From the NCBI GenBank assembly GCA_052386995.1, contig JBQTJP010000156.1:1-28413 (forward strand): a stretch of DNA of 28,413 bases, given 5' to 3'. A model generated the notes under the pieces. It did no database searches. It had not been told where the DNA came from and saw only the letters and a list, made by a program, of their open reading frames with translations. Each line of letters starts with the position of its first letter. Position 1 is the stretch's first letter. Positions 17,484 to 26,791 of the stretch are shown here, in pieces. Made by a program: the position numbers and the translations under genes. This stretch comes from Armatimonadota bacterium. Lineage in GTDB: Bacteria > Sysuimicrobiota > Sysuimicrobiia > Sysuimicrobiales > Humicultoraceae.

Positions 17484-18074
17484 ATGGACGACGAGCGCCG
17501 CATCGAGCAGAGCAAGGTCGCGATCCGGTGGGTCATGGCGGTGGTGCTCTTCGCTGGGGCGGTCTACCTGCGCCGCGGCGGGAGCATCGAGACGCCCTGG
17601 TGGGTCATTGTCGGTCTCGCAATCGGCGTCGCGCTGTTGAACCTGGGGTTCTCGGCGGTGCTGCGCGCCGGTGCGCCGCACTGGCTGCGATACATCACGA
17701 CCGGGAGCGACATCGCGTTGACGTCGCTGCTCGTCGCCTATAGCGGCGGCAGCGGCAGCCCATTCTACTATGTGTATTTCGTCATCCTGGTGAGCAACAG
17801 CATTCGTTACGGCATGGTGATGGCGCTGTTCGTGGCACTCCTCTTCAACGTCGGCTACGTCGCGGTGCTCCTGGCGCGCCCGGTCTCCGGCGACCTGACC
17901 CTCGAAGGCGTGAAGATCCTGGCCTTCTGGGGGGTGGCACTCTACGCCGGGTATCTGGCCACGCGGTTTCAGCGGCAGGCGCGTATTCTGAGCGCGTACG
18001 AGGAAACGATTGCCGGACTTAGGGCCCGCCTGCGCGAAGATGAGTCCCCGGCAGGCGCGCGGGAGGGACGCTAG
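17484..18074 (+). CDS. Integral membrane protein (196 aa) resembling a stand-alone membrane sensor domain
   Basis: About six hydrophobic helices, D....S.L....GG..SPF...Y pattern, short C-terminal coiled-coil-like tail. Confidence 0.75.
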   Translation: MDDERRIEQSKVAIRWVMAVVLFAGAVYLRRGGSIETPWWVIVGLAIGVALLNLGFSAVLRAGAPHWLRYITTGSDIALTSLLVAYSGGSGSPFYYVYFVILVSNSIRYGMVMALFVALLFNVGYVAVLLARPVSGDLTLEGVKILAFWGVALYAGYLATRFQRQARILSAYEETIAGLRARLREDESPAGAREGR

Positions 18075-18265
18075 TGTCAGCGCGCCAGCTCCGGACGCGG
18101 ACCGTCGGGTGGGGCCTGCTGGTCGCCGGAGGGCTTGTCGCGGTGCTGATCCTGGTGACCTGGAAGGCCGCGAGCCCCCTGCTCTTCCTGCTCTATCCAA
18201 TACTGGTCCTCGGCGTCCTGGCGCTGCTCGCGATGGCAGTGCTCTGGGCGCTGCGGCACTTCTGA
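18074..18265 (+). CDS. Small two-helix membrane protein (63 aa)
   Basis: GGAGG RBS, GTG overlapping upstream stop, two hydrophobic segments, ends 4 nt before next gene. Confidence 0.65.
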   Translation: MSARQLRTRTVGWGLLVAGGLVAVLILVTWKAASPLLFLLYPILVLGVLALLAMAVLWALRHF

Positions 18266-18269
18266 TTCC

Positions 18270-19220
18270 ATGCAGCAGTATCTGCTGAGACGCCTCCTGA
18301 TCACGGTCCCGATCTTCTTGGGGATCACGGTGCTGTGCTACCTCATCCTGTCGCTGACGCCGGGCGATGCGGTCGTCATGCTCATCAGCCCGACCATGAC
18401 CTCAGCCGACATCGAGATCAAACGGAAGGCCCTCGGTCTTGACCAGCCGGCCTACGTGCGCTACGTGAAATGGCTCAACGAGCTGGCCCACGGCAACCTG
18501 GGTTACTCGTTCAGCAGCGGGGCGCCCGTGACGAAGCGCATCGGCGAACGCATTCTCCCGACCCTGACGCTCACGGTGACCGCGCTGGTGATCTCGTACC
18601 TGTTTGCCATTCCCATCGGCATGCTGGCGGCCGCCAGGCGCTATTCGTGGGTGGATTACGCGGCGACGTTCGTTGCATTTGTGGGCATCAGCCTGCCCAC
18701 GTTCTTCCTGGGACTCGCCGGCATCTACATCTTTGCGCTCCGCCTGCGCTGGCTGCCCGTCGGCGGGACGATGACGCTCGGCGGCACCGGAGGGCTGCTC
18801 GACTCGGTGCATCATCTGATCCTTCCGGCGATCGTGCTGGCGGGCGCGGGAAGCGGACTGCTCGTGCGTCACGTCCGGTCGAGCATGCTGGAGGTGCTCG
18901 GTCAGGACTACGTACGCACGGCGAGGGCCAAAGGGCTGGCCGAGCTCCTCGTGCTGCGCCGGCACGCGCTGCGGAACGCGTTGATCCCGGTGCTCACTCT
19001 GGCGGGCCTGCAGATCCCCGCGCTGCTCGCCGGCGCCGTGATCACCGAGCAGGTCTTCGAGTGGCCCGGCATGGGCCGCCTGACGATCGAGGCGATCAAC
19101 CAGCGGGACTATCCTGTGCTGATGGGGATCACGCTCATCGCCGCGGTGCTGGTGGCGGCGGGCAATCTGCTGGCGGACATCGCCTACTCGATCGTCGATC
19201 CGAGGATCCGCTATGAATGA
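18270..19220 (+). CDS. Peptide/nickel ABC permease (OppB/DppB-like)
   Basis: YLLRRLL, GLDQP, RSSMLEVLGQDYVRTARAKGL, RHALRNAL, DPRIR. Confidence 0.95.
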   Translation: MQQYLLRRLLITVPIFLGITVLCYLILSLTPGDAVVMLISPTMTSADIEIKRKALGLDQPAYVRYVKWLNELAHGNLGYSFSSGAPVTKRIGERILPTLTLTVTALVISYLFAIPIGMLAAARRYSWVDYAATFVAFVGISLPTFFLGLAGIYIFALRLRWLPVGGTMTLGGTGGLLDSVHHLILPAIVLAGAGSGLLVRHVRSSMLEVLGQDYVRTARAKGLAELLVLRRHALRNALIPVLTLAGLQIPALLAGAVITEQVFEWPGMGRLTIEAINQRDYPVLMGITLIAAVLVAAGNLLADIAYSIVDPRIRYE

Positions 19221-20130
19221 AACGCCGCTGCGGCGGGCGAGCGCGCAGCGCGGCCTTGCCGGCGGGCGTGAGGCGCGAGCCGATACTTTCTGGAGCCTCG
19301 TCCTCCGCCGGTTCCTCCGCCACCGCGTGGCCGTCGCCGGCCTGGTCATCCTCGGGGCGATCTGCGCCATGGCGCTGCTCGCTGGCATCCTGGCGCCCGG
19401 CAGTCCGACCGCCATCGATGCCGGCGCGTTTCAAGCGGCGCCCTCAGCCACCCACATCCTGGGAACCGACAGCGTGGGCCGTGACGTGCTGAGCCGGCTC
19501 ATCTACGCGGCCCGGGTCTCGCTCACCGTCGGCCTGCTCGCGGTCGCGATGTACGTCATCATCGGCATGACCGTCGGCGCGGCGGCCGGCTACTACGGGG
19601 GCGCGGTGGACCTGGTATTGAGCCGCCTTATGGATATCATGCTGTCGTTCCCACCGCTCATCATCATCCTGTTTGCCGTGAGCGTGTTTGGAAGGCCGAG
19701 CCTCTGGAATGTCATCATCGTCCTGGGACTGCTGGGATGGCCGCCGGTAGCGCGGCTCGTCCGCGGACAGGTGCTCTCGTTGCGCCAGCAGGAGTTTGTC
19801 CAGGCGGCATCGGCGCTCGGCGCCTCGGACATTCGCGTCGTCGGCCGCCATCTGCTCCCCAACGCCCTGGCCCCGGTGCTGGTGGCCGCCACTTTCGGGA
19901 CCGCCAACGCGATCCTCGTGGAGGCTGCGCTCTCGTTTCTGGGGATGGGCGTGCAGCCGCCTACGCCCTCGTGGGGAAACATGCTGACGGATGCGCAGTC
20001 GCTCACGGTGCTGGAGCGCATGCCGTGGCTGTGGGTGCCGCCCGGGTTCATGATCCTGATCTCGGTCCTGGTGATCAACTTCGTCGGCGACGGGCTGCGG
20101 GACGCGCTCGATCCGAGCCTGAAATTGTAG
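19213..20130 (+). CDS. Peptide/nickel ABC permease (OppC/DppC-like)
   Basis: LGTDSVGRDV, ARLVRGQ, EAALSFLG.G, PSWGNM, GDGLRDALDP. Confidence 0.95.
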   Translation: MNETPLRRASAQRGLAGGREARADTFWSLVLRRFLRHRVAVAGLVILGAICAMALLAGILAPGSPTAIDAGAFQAAPSATHILGTDSVGRDVLSRLIYAARVSLTVGLLAVAMYVIIGMTVGAAAGYYGGAVDLVLSRLMDIMLSFPPLIIILFAVSVFGRPSLWNVIIVLGLLGWPPVARLVRGQVLSLRQQEFVQAASALGASDIRVVGRHLLPNALAPVLVAATFGTANAILVEAALSFLGMGVQPPTPSWGNMLTDAQSLTVLERMPWLWVPPGFMILISVLVINFVGDGLRDALDPSLKL

Positions 20131-20138
20131 GGCGTGTC

Positions 20139-21320
20139 CTACTGGTCTGACAGCGTGTCCCGGCGGTGTCCTCCCTGCAGGATCACCCCTACGCGCTCCA
20201 GGCAGGAAATATCGACCAGAGGATCACCGTCCACGCTGATCACGTCGGCCAGCTTCCCCGGCTCCAGGGTTCCGACCTCATCGCCTACGCCGATCGCTTC
20301 GGCGGCCCGCCGGGTGGCGGCCAGGATTGCGTCGTGGGGGTCGGCACCCCACTCGACGACCTTGGCGATCTCCCAGCACATCAGGCCGTGCATCGAGTCG
20401 GTGCCCAGGGCCCAACTGACCCCGCTCTCCAGTACGGCCTTGAAGTTTTCCTGAGACTTTGCGCGCGCCTCCCGCAACTTGGCCATGATGGTGGGCTCGT
20501 GGGCGTCACCCTTTTCGATGCCGTCGGGATGACCGGACACGGCGTTGTTCGTCACGAGCCAGATGCCCCGGCGGCGCATCTCGACGAGGTCCTCGAGCTC
20601 GCAGAGTTTGCCGTGCTCGATCGTGTCCACGCCGGCCTCGAGGCAGATGCGGACACCCGGACCGCCGTGGGCGTGGACGGCCACAGGCTTGTTGTTGCGG
20701 TGGGCCTCATCGACGACGACCTCGACCTCGGGCCGGGAATAGGCAAACCAGCGCGCGGCGGTTCCCTTGCTGGAGACGCCCCCGGTCATGAAGAGCTTGA
20801 TCAGGTCGGCACCGGCGGCCACGTTCTCCCGGATGTGCTTGCGGATTTCGTCTTCGCCGTCGGAGAACGTCAGGGCGGCCCCGTGACCGTTGCGAGCGGT
20901 GATCGGCCGCGTGGCCACCCGAAGGCGCGGGCCCGGGAGGCGTCCCTCGGCGACCGCCGCCCGCAGGTCGATATCGATAAAGTGCTCTTCGCCCACCACC
21001 CGCATGGTGGTGACGCCGGACCGGAGGTCGGCGCGGAGATTCTGCACCGCCCGCAGCATCTTCGGCGCCACGGCCTGCCTGAGCTGCCCGATCTGATCCC
21101 CCAGACCCGGGATGATCGAGACGTGGGAGTGCGCGTCGATGAAACCGGGCAGGACCGTCTGGGCGCCGCAGTCGATGACCACAGCGCCCCGGGGGGTAGC
21201 CACGTCGGCCTGCCGGCCCACGGCCTTGATCCGTTCACCTTCCACCAGCACCGCCCCCCGTTCAATCGGAGGCCGGCCGGTGCCGTCGATGATACGCCTG
21301 GCCTGAATGACCGTAAACAC
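20139..21320 (-). CDS. Metal-dependent amidohydrolase (Xaa-Pro dipeptidase-like)
   Basis: PGFIDAHSH, GADLIK, HAHG, TIEHG, GTD, GKLAD. Confidence 0.92.
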   Translation of the reverse strand: MFTVIQARRIIDGTGRPPIERGAVLVEGERIKAVGRQADVATPRGAVVIDCGAQTVLPGFIDAHSHVSIIPGLGDQIGQLRQAVAPKMLRAVQNLRADLRSGVTTMRVVGEEHFIDIDLRAAVAEGRLPGPRLRVATRPITARNGHGAALTFSDGEDEIRKHIRENVAAGADLIKLFMTGGVSSKGTAARWFAYSRPEVEVVVDEAHRNNKPVAVHAHGGPGVRICLEAGVDTIEHGKLCELEDLVEMRRRGIWLVTNNAVSGHPDGIEKGDAHEPTIMAKLREARAKSQENFKAVLESGVSWALGTDSMHGLMCWEIAKVVEWGADPHDAILAATRRAAEAIGVGDEVGTLEPGKLADVISVDGDPLVDISCLERVGVILQGGHRRDTLSDQ

Positions 21321-21365
21321 TTACCTCACCTCTGACCTGTCAGAGTGCGCGCTCCAATCGCCGCC

Positions 21366-22958
21366 TTACCTCTCAAAGAACCACTTGTACGAGTAGATCA
21401 AGGCGTCCCGGATGCCGAGCGGCGAGAAGTTCTTCAGCCGGGCGGAGATGGCCCGGAGTTCTATGGGATAGAAGAGGGGCACCTCGGGCACTTCCTCTGT
21501 GAAATGCTGCTGGAGCCTCGCGTAGATCTGCTTCTGCCTTGCCAGGTCCGTGAGCCTGCGGCCGTCCAGGAACATGTTTTCGGCGGCGGCATTGCAATAC
21601 ACCCCGGTGTTGTTCCCCTTCTCTACCGCGGCGCAGCCGTAGTAGTTGTAGAGGTCGGGGGTCGGAGGCGTCACCCAGAAGTGGACCAGCATCTCAGAGG
21701 CGTTGGGCCCGTAACGGTTGTCCCGGCGGTCTCTGATGTACATGGAAAACTCTGCGGCCTCTAGCTTGGGATCCAGGCCGAGCCGCTGATAATCCTGTTG
21801 GACCGCAACCGCAACCTGCTCAAAGCTGGGGTTGCCCTTCAGGGTGGTGAGCAGGAAGCTGAAGCGTTGGCCGTCCCTCTCTAGAACCCCACCGGCGCCT
21901 GGTCTCCAGCCGGCCTCGGCGAGGAGGGCCCTGGCCCTCTCGGGTTCGTACGCGAACTGCCGGGTTTCCACGTAGTAGTCTGTCAAGAAGGGGTTCCACG
22001 GATGGGAGGCCAGTTTGGCCTTGCCCCTCATGACCCCGGCGACAAGGGCCTGACGGTTCAGGCCCAGCGTGAGCGCCAGGCGCACGCGCCTATCCTGAAA
22101 CAGCGGGTTGTTCTTGTTCAGGGAGAGATACCAGAAGTTGATTTGATTGCCCTCGTTAATCACGATCCCGGGCTGGTTCTCCACGGCCCTCAGGTTGAAG
22201 GGCTCAATCCAGACAAAGTTCAGTTCCCCGGACCGCAGTTGAGCGATCTGAACGTTCTGGTCAGGGATCACCTTGAAGTTGATCGCCTCGACCCTCGGCG
22301 AGCCGAAGTAGAAGTCGGGATTGGCGACCACAGTGACATGGCTCCCGGCCCTGACTTCCCTGATCTTGAAGGGACCGGTGCCAATCGGGTTGGTCCGGTT
22401 GAAAGAGGCGTTGGTGTTAATGTCGGTGCCCTGCAGCACGTGCTTGGGCAAGATGCCCATGTTGTATCCCATGAACACGGGTAGGGGCGAGAAGCGCTCT
22501 TTGAGGACGAACTGGACCTCATGAGATCCCGTCACCCTGACTTCTTTGATCGAAAGGAAATTGGAGCGCCAGCGGCTGTTGACCCTGGGATCAAGCACCA
22601 GGTCCATGGTGAACTTGACATCGTCGGCGGTGAAGGGCTTGCCGTCATGCCACTTCACCCCGCGGCGCAGATTGAAGGTCCAGACCATTCCATCGGAAGA
22701 CACCTGCCACGACTCGGCCAGGTCTGGGACCGGTGACTGGGTCTGCTCGTCGGGTTTGGTCAGGCCGTTGAAGAGGACCTTGTTGACCATGACCGAGGCC
22801 GTATCGGCTCCGATGACGCTGTTCATGATCGGATCGGTCTGAATCGGCATGCTGAACTGGCCCCCCGTGGCCGGAGCCGAGCCGCCTTGCGGCGCGATCG
22901 CCAGGGCCAGCGCGACGGTCAGGATCATGACCGCCACAATACGACGTGACCACCACAT
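21366..22958 (-). CDS. ABC substrate-binding protein, family 5
   Basis: Signal peptide, PDLAESW, LRRGVKWHDGKPFTADDVKFT, PIGTGPFK; ATG 22958 best spaced from GGAG. Confidence 0.94.
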   Translation of the reverse strand: MWWSRRIVAVMILTVALALAIAPQGGSAPATGGQFSMPIQTDPIMNSVIGADTASVMVNKVLFNGLTKPDEQTQSPVPDLAESWQVSSDGMVWTFNLRRGVKWHDGKPFTADDVKFTMDLVLDPRVNSRWRSNFLSIKEVRVTGSHEVQFVLKERFSPLPVFMGYNMGILPKHVLQGTDINTNASFNRTNPIGTGPFKIREVRAGSHVTVVANPDFYFGSPRVEAINFKVIPDQNVQIAQLRSGELNFVWIEPFNLRAVENQPGIVINEGNQINFWYLSLNKNNPLFQDRRVRLALTLGLNRQALVAGVMRGKAKLASHPWNPFLTDYYVETRQFAYEPERARALLAEAGWRPGAGGVLERDGQRFSFLLTTLKGNPSFEQVAVAVQQDYQRLGLDPKLEAAEFSMYIRDRRDNRYGPNASEMLVHFWVTPPTPDLYNYYGCAAVEKGNNTGVYCNAAAENMFLDGRRLTDLARQKQIYARLQQHFTEEVPEVPLFYPIELRAISARLKNFSPLGIRDALIYSYKWFFER

Positions 22959-23091
22959 GCTCACTCCACCTCCACCTCGGATTTTTCACTCAGTGCGGCT
23001 CTCACTCCAGAAGCTGCGGCGCCCAATCAGCCGGGTTCCGCCCTCCCGGGAGCCGTTGGCTACGAGGCGGTTGATTCCTCCACGCAGCGCC

Positions 23092-23970
23092 TCACAGCTG
23101 GCGCTGCGGATCGAGCGCATCCCGCAGCCCGTTGCCGAAGAAGTTGTACGCGAGCACCGTCACCAGGATCATCACCCCCGGATAGATTGCCAGCAGGGGG
23201 GCCGTCCAGAGATAGTTCTGGGAGTTGCTGAGCATGTTGCCCCATGAGGGAATGGGCAGCTGAATGCCCAGGCCCAGGTAGCTGATGGCCGACTCGGTGA
23301 GGATGGCAAAGGCCACCCCCAGCGTGGCCGTGACGATGATTGACGGCAGGGTGTGGGGGAGCAGATGCCGCCACATGATCATGCGGTCCCGGACCCCGAG
23401 CGCCCTGGCGGCCTCCACGAAGTCCTGGGCCTTCCAGCGCAAGAACTCGCCCCGCACCAGACGGGCCAGGCTCATCCACGAGGTAATGCCGATCACCACC
23501 ACCACCGAGGTGAGCGACCCACCGAACACCGCCAGAATGACCAGCAGCAAGAAGAAGGTCGGCAGCGCCATGAACCCGTCGGTGATACGCATGAGTGCCG
23601 CGTCGATCGGTCCCCCGAAGTAGCCCGACAGAGCCCCGACCACGGTGCCAAGGGTAATGGAGAGCAGCACCGACACCACGCCCACGGCGAGGGACACCCG
23701 GCCGCCGTAGAGGAGGCGTGCCAGCACATCCCGCCCGCTTTCGTCCGTTCCGAGAGGATGGCCGGGGCTTGGAGGCTCCAGGGTACGCAGGGGATCGACG
23801 CGGAAGGGCGACTGTGGAACGACGAGAGGTCCCAGGACAGACGCCAGGTGAATGCTGACCAGCACGACCAGGCTGATCACCGCCATGCGATTGCGGGCAA
23901 AGCGGCGCCTGGCCCGCACCCAGGGCGTCTCCACGGAGGACGGCTGGATGCGCGCGGCCGGGACAGCCAT
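23092..23970 (-). CDS. Peptide/nickel ABC permease (OppC/DppC-like)
   Basis: LGTDESGRDV, ARLVRGE, ESAISYLGLG, PSWGNM, GNGLRDALDP. Confidence 0.95.
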   Translation of the reverse strand: MAVPAARIQPSSVETPWVRARRRFARNRMAVISLVVLVSIHLASVLGPLVVPQSPFRVDPLRTLEPPSPGHPLGTDESGRDVLARLLYGGRVSLAVGVVSVLLSITLGTVVGALSGYFGGPIDAALMRITDGFMALPTFFLLLVILAVFGGSLTSVVVVIGITSWMSLARLVRGEFLRWKAQDFVEAARALGVRDRMIMWRHLLPHTLPSIIVTATLGVAFAILTESAISYLGLGIQLPIPSWGNMLSNSQNYLWTAPLLAIYPGVMILVTVLAYNFFGNGLRDALDPQRQL

Positions 23971-23972
23971 GC

Positions 23973-24935
23973 CTATGCCTCCTCCACACCGCCGACCTTG
24001 ATACGGGGATCCACCAGTCCGTAGATGACGTCCACCAGGAGATTGCTGGCGATGACCGCCAGGGCGAAGACCACCGTGATGCCCATGACCAGCGGGTAGT
24101 CTCGCTTGAAGGCGGCCTCCACCGCCAGGCGGCCCATGCCGGGCCAGGAGAAGATCGTCTCGGTGATCGCGGCCCCACCCACCAGGCGGGGGATCAGAAG
24201 GCCCACCACGGTGATCACAGGAATCAACCCATTACGCAAGGCGTGATGAAAGAGCACGATGCGCTCTCTCACGCCTTTGGCACGGGCAGTACGCACGTAG
24301 TCCCGCTGCATCACGTCCAGCATGCTGGCCCGCGTGTAGCTGGCAATCTGGGCCAGGTAGACCAGGGACAGCACGACCGTGGGCATCAGCATGTGCCTGA
24401 ACAGGTCGACCAGGGAAAACTCCGCGCCCAACGTCGCCATGCCCGAAGACGGCAGGAGCCGCCATCGCAGGGAGAAGAGCAGAATCAGGAGGATGCCCAG
24501 CCAGAAGGAAGGCACCGATACTCCCAACACGCTGATTCCGGTGGCCGAGTAGTCAACCCATGAGTTGGGGCGCCGTGCCGCCGCGACCCCCAGCGGCACC
24601 CCCAGAGCGATGGCCAGGACGAGCGCGGCCGCGGCCAGCAGAACGGTAGCGGGCAGACGTTCTCGGATCACGTCCATCACCGGCCGCTGCTGATTGAACG
24701 AGCGGCCGAAATCCCCTCGCAGTACAGCGCCAAACCACCTGGCAAACTGCACGTGCAGGGGCTGGTCCAGGCCCAGATTGCGGATGATGTACACTCTGTC
24801 TGCCGGCGACAGATCCCCCGCCAGCAAAACCTCTGGGCCGCCCGGGGAGAGATGAATGATGGTGAAGGTCGCCACGCTGATGAGCACCAGCACCAGCAGT
24901 GATTGCGCCAATCGGCGGGCCAGGTAGGTGCCCAC
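23973..24935 (-). CDS. Peptide/nickel ABC permease (OppB/DppB-like)
   Basis: YLARRL, GLDQP, DYVRTARAKGV, HALRN, DPRIK. Confidence 0.95.
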   Translation of the reverse strand: MGTYLARRLAQSLLVLVLISVATFTIIHLSPGGPEVLLAGDLSPADRVYIIRNLGLDQPLHVQFARWFGAVLRGDFGRSFNQQRPVMDVIRERLPATVLLAAAALVLAIALGVPLGVAAARRPNSWVDYSATGISVLGVSVPSFWLGILLILLFSLRWRLLPSSGMATLGAEFSLVDLFRHMLMPTVVLSLVYLAQIASYTRASMLDVMQRDYVRTARAKGVRERIVLFHHALRNGLIPVITVVGLLIPRLVGGAAITETIFSWPGMGRLAVEAAFKRDYPLVMGITVVFALAVIASNLLVDVIYGLVDPRIKVGGVEEA

Positions 24936-25090
24936 TCTCTGCCAACCTCGCCGCGCAGTTTCTCTGCAGGGGGAGGTCCAACCTGCAGGGAAGGGCGGTG
25001 CGTTGCGGCCCCGCCCGAGGGGACCGCGAAGGAGATGTGTGTGAAACTAGCGTACCATTGTGGTTACGATCTCCACTGAGGAGGGCAACT

Positions 25091-26716
25091 ATGAGAGGCA
25101 ACCGCACGCACTTAACCGCTGCCGCCACTATCGTGGTGGTCATCGCGGCGCTGCTGCTGCCGGCCACGGTCGTGGGTCAGCAGCGATCCAGCCTGGTCGT
25201 GGTCTCGGGCATGTGGAGCCCGCCGAACAACTTCAGCCCCATCAACTCGGACAGTTCGTACGGCTACTATGCGATCAGATTTATGTTCCAGACGCTGCTC
25301 GACGCGCGGCTGGACGGCAACACGCTGAAGTTCGCTCCGGCGCTGGCGAGCAAGTGGGATGCCAGTGCGGACAACAAGACGTTCTCGTTTACGATCCACC
25401 CCAGGGCGGCATGGCACGACGGCAGGCCCGTGACCGCCGAAGACGTGCTGTTCACGATCATGACCGTGAGCGATCCGAAGACAGAGACCAACCGCGGGAA
25501 CGCGATCGCAGCCATCGCGGGGCTCGATGCGAAGGGCAAGCGCGCGCCCGGGGCGCAGATTGGGGTTCGCATCGTCGGGCCGAAGCAGTTCGAAGTGAGG
25601 ACGGAGACACCGGTCGACCCGCTTGGGTTCTTCGAGAAGTTCGGGAACGGTCTATTCATCCTTCCGAAACACGTCCTGGGCAATGTCCCGCCGGAGCAAC
25701 TGGCCCGGCATCCGTTCTTCCAGGATCCGAAGGTCGGCAACGGACCGTACAAGTTCGTCCAGTACAGGACGGACCAGTACGTCGAGTTGCTGGTGAACGA
25801 GAGCTTCCACCTGGGGGCGCCCAGCCTCCGCCGGCTGTTCATCCGCGTCATTCTGCCAACGATAATGCTGGCGCAGCTCGAGCGTGGCGACCTGGACGTC
25901 ACGGCCGGAGCCGGAATCGGCACGATTCTCGTCGATGACTGGGAGCGCGTGAAGACGATGGGGCATGTGCGGGCGGTGTCGGTTCCCACGCCCGGCTACC
26001 AGTTCATGGCCTTCAACTTCCAGCGGACGTACCTGCAGGACAAGCGCGTGCGGCGCGCGATCGCCCACGCCACCAATCGCCAGCTCATGGTGAACCAGCT
26101 CCTGCGGGGCGAGGGCGAGTTGGCGGAGGGTCCCATTTGGCCCAGCAATCCGTACTTCAACCGGAGTGTGAGGCCGTGGCCGTATGATGCCGCGCGCGCA
26201 CGCGCGCTGCTGCAAGAGGCGGGGTGGGATTTCAACCGCACGCTGGTACTGCGGGTACCGACCGGAAATATCATCCGGGAGCGTTCGGGCGATATCATCC
26301 GGGAGAATCTCGTCGCCATCGGCATGAAGGTGGAGATTCAGAGGTCGGACTTCCCCACTCACCTGGCGGCGATGTACGGTGCCAACTACGACCTTGGACT
26401 CGTGGGATGGTCGGGGGGCGTGGATCCTGACGTGACGTCGCAATTCCGCACCGGAGCAACCTATACCAGGTTGATCCACTTGTCGAACCCTCAGATGGAC
26501 CAGCTCCTGGACGATGGTCTCGCGACCGCCGACACGGCGAAGCGACGAGCGATCTACAATCGTTTTCAGGAGTTGTTCGCGGACGAGCTCCCGTATGTGG
26601 TGCTGTACTATCAGAAGGGGCTGACTGCCATTACAAAGCGCATGAACAACGTGCTGCATAGCGTCCCCGGCTTCTACGATTTCGAGACACACTCCTGGGC
26701 CGCGGCACCGCAGTGA
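25091..26716 (+). CDS. ABC substrate-binding protein, family 5
   Basis: GAGGAGG RBS before ATG 25091, signal peptide, PALASKW, WHDGRPVTAEDVLFT, VGNGPYK. Confidence 0.94.
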   Translation: MRGNRTHLTAAATIVVVIAALLLPATVVGQQRSSLVVVSGMWSPPNNFSPINSDSSYGYYAIRFMFQTLLDARLDGNTLKFAPALASKWDASADNKTFSFTIHPRAAWHDGRPVTAEDVLFTIMTVSDPKTETNRGNAIAAIAGLDAKGKRAPGAQIGVRIVGPKQFEVRTETPVDPLGFFEKFGNGLFILPKHVLGNVPPEQLARHPFFQDPKVGNGPYKFVQYRTDQYVELLVNESFHLGAPSLRRLFIRVILPTIMLAQLERGDLDVTAGAGIGTILVDDWERVKTMGHVRAVSVPTPGYQFMAFNFQRTYLQDKRVRRAIAHATNRQLMVNQLLRGEGELAEGPIWPSNPYFNRSVRPWPYDAARARALLQEAGWDFNRTLVLRVPTGNIIRERSGDIIRENLVAIGMKVEIQRSDFPTHLAAMYGANYDLGLVGWSGGVDPDVTSQFRTGATYTRLIHLSNPQMDQLLDDGLATADTAKRRAIYNRFQELFADELPYVVLYYQKGLTAITKRMNNVLHSVPGFYDFETHSWAAAPQ

Positions 26717-26727
26717 TGCACTAAAGT

Positions 26728-26760
26728 AGGGAGGTGGCGGTTTCATACCGTCACCTCCCT
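26728..26760 (+). terminator. 14-bp intergenic stem-loop after SBP gene (terminator or mRNA-stabilising hairpin)
   Basis: AGGGAGGTGGCGGT-TTCAT-ACCGTCACCTCCCT with one G-U pair; no U-tract. Confidence 0.6.
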
Positions 26761-26791
26761 GAATCCGCCTTGCCCCCGAGGATCACATCCA

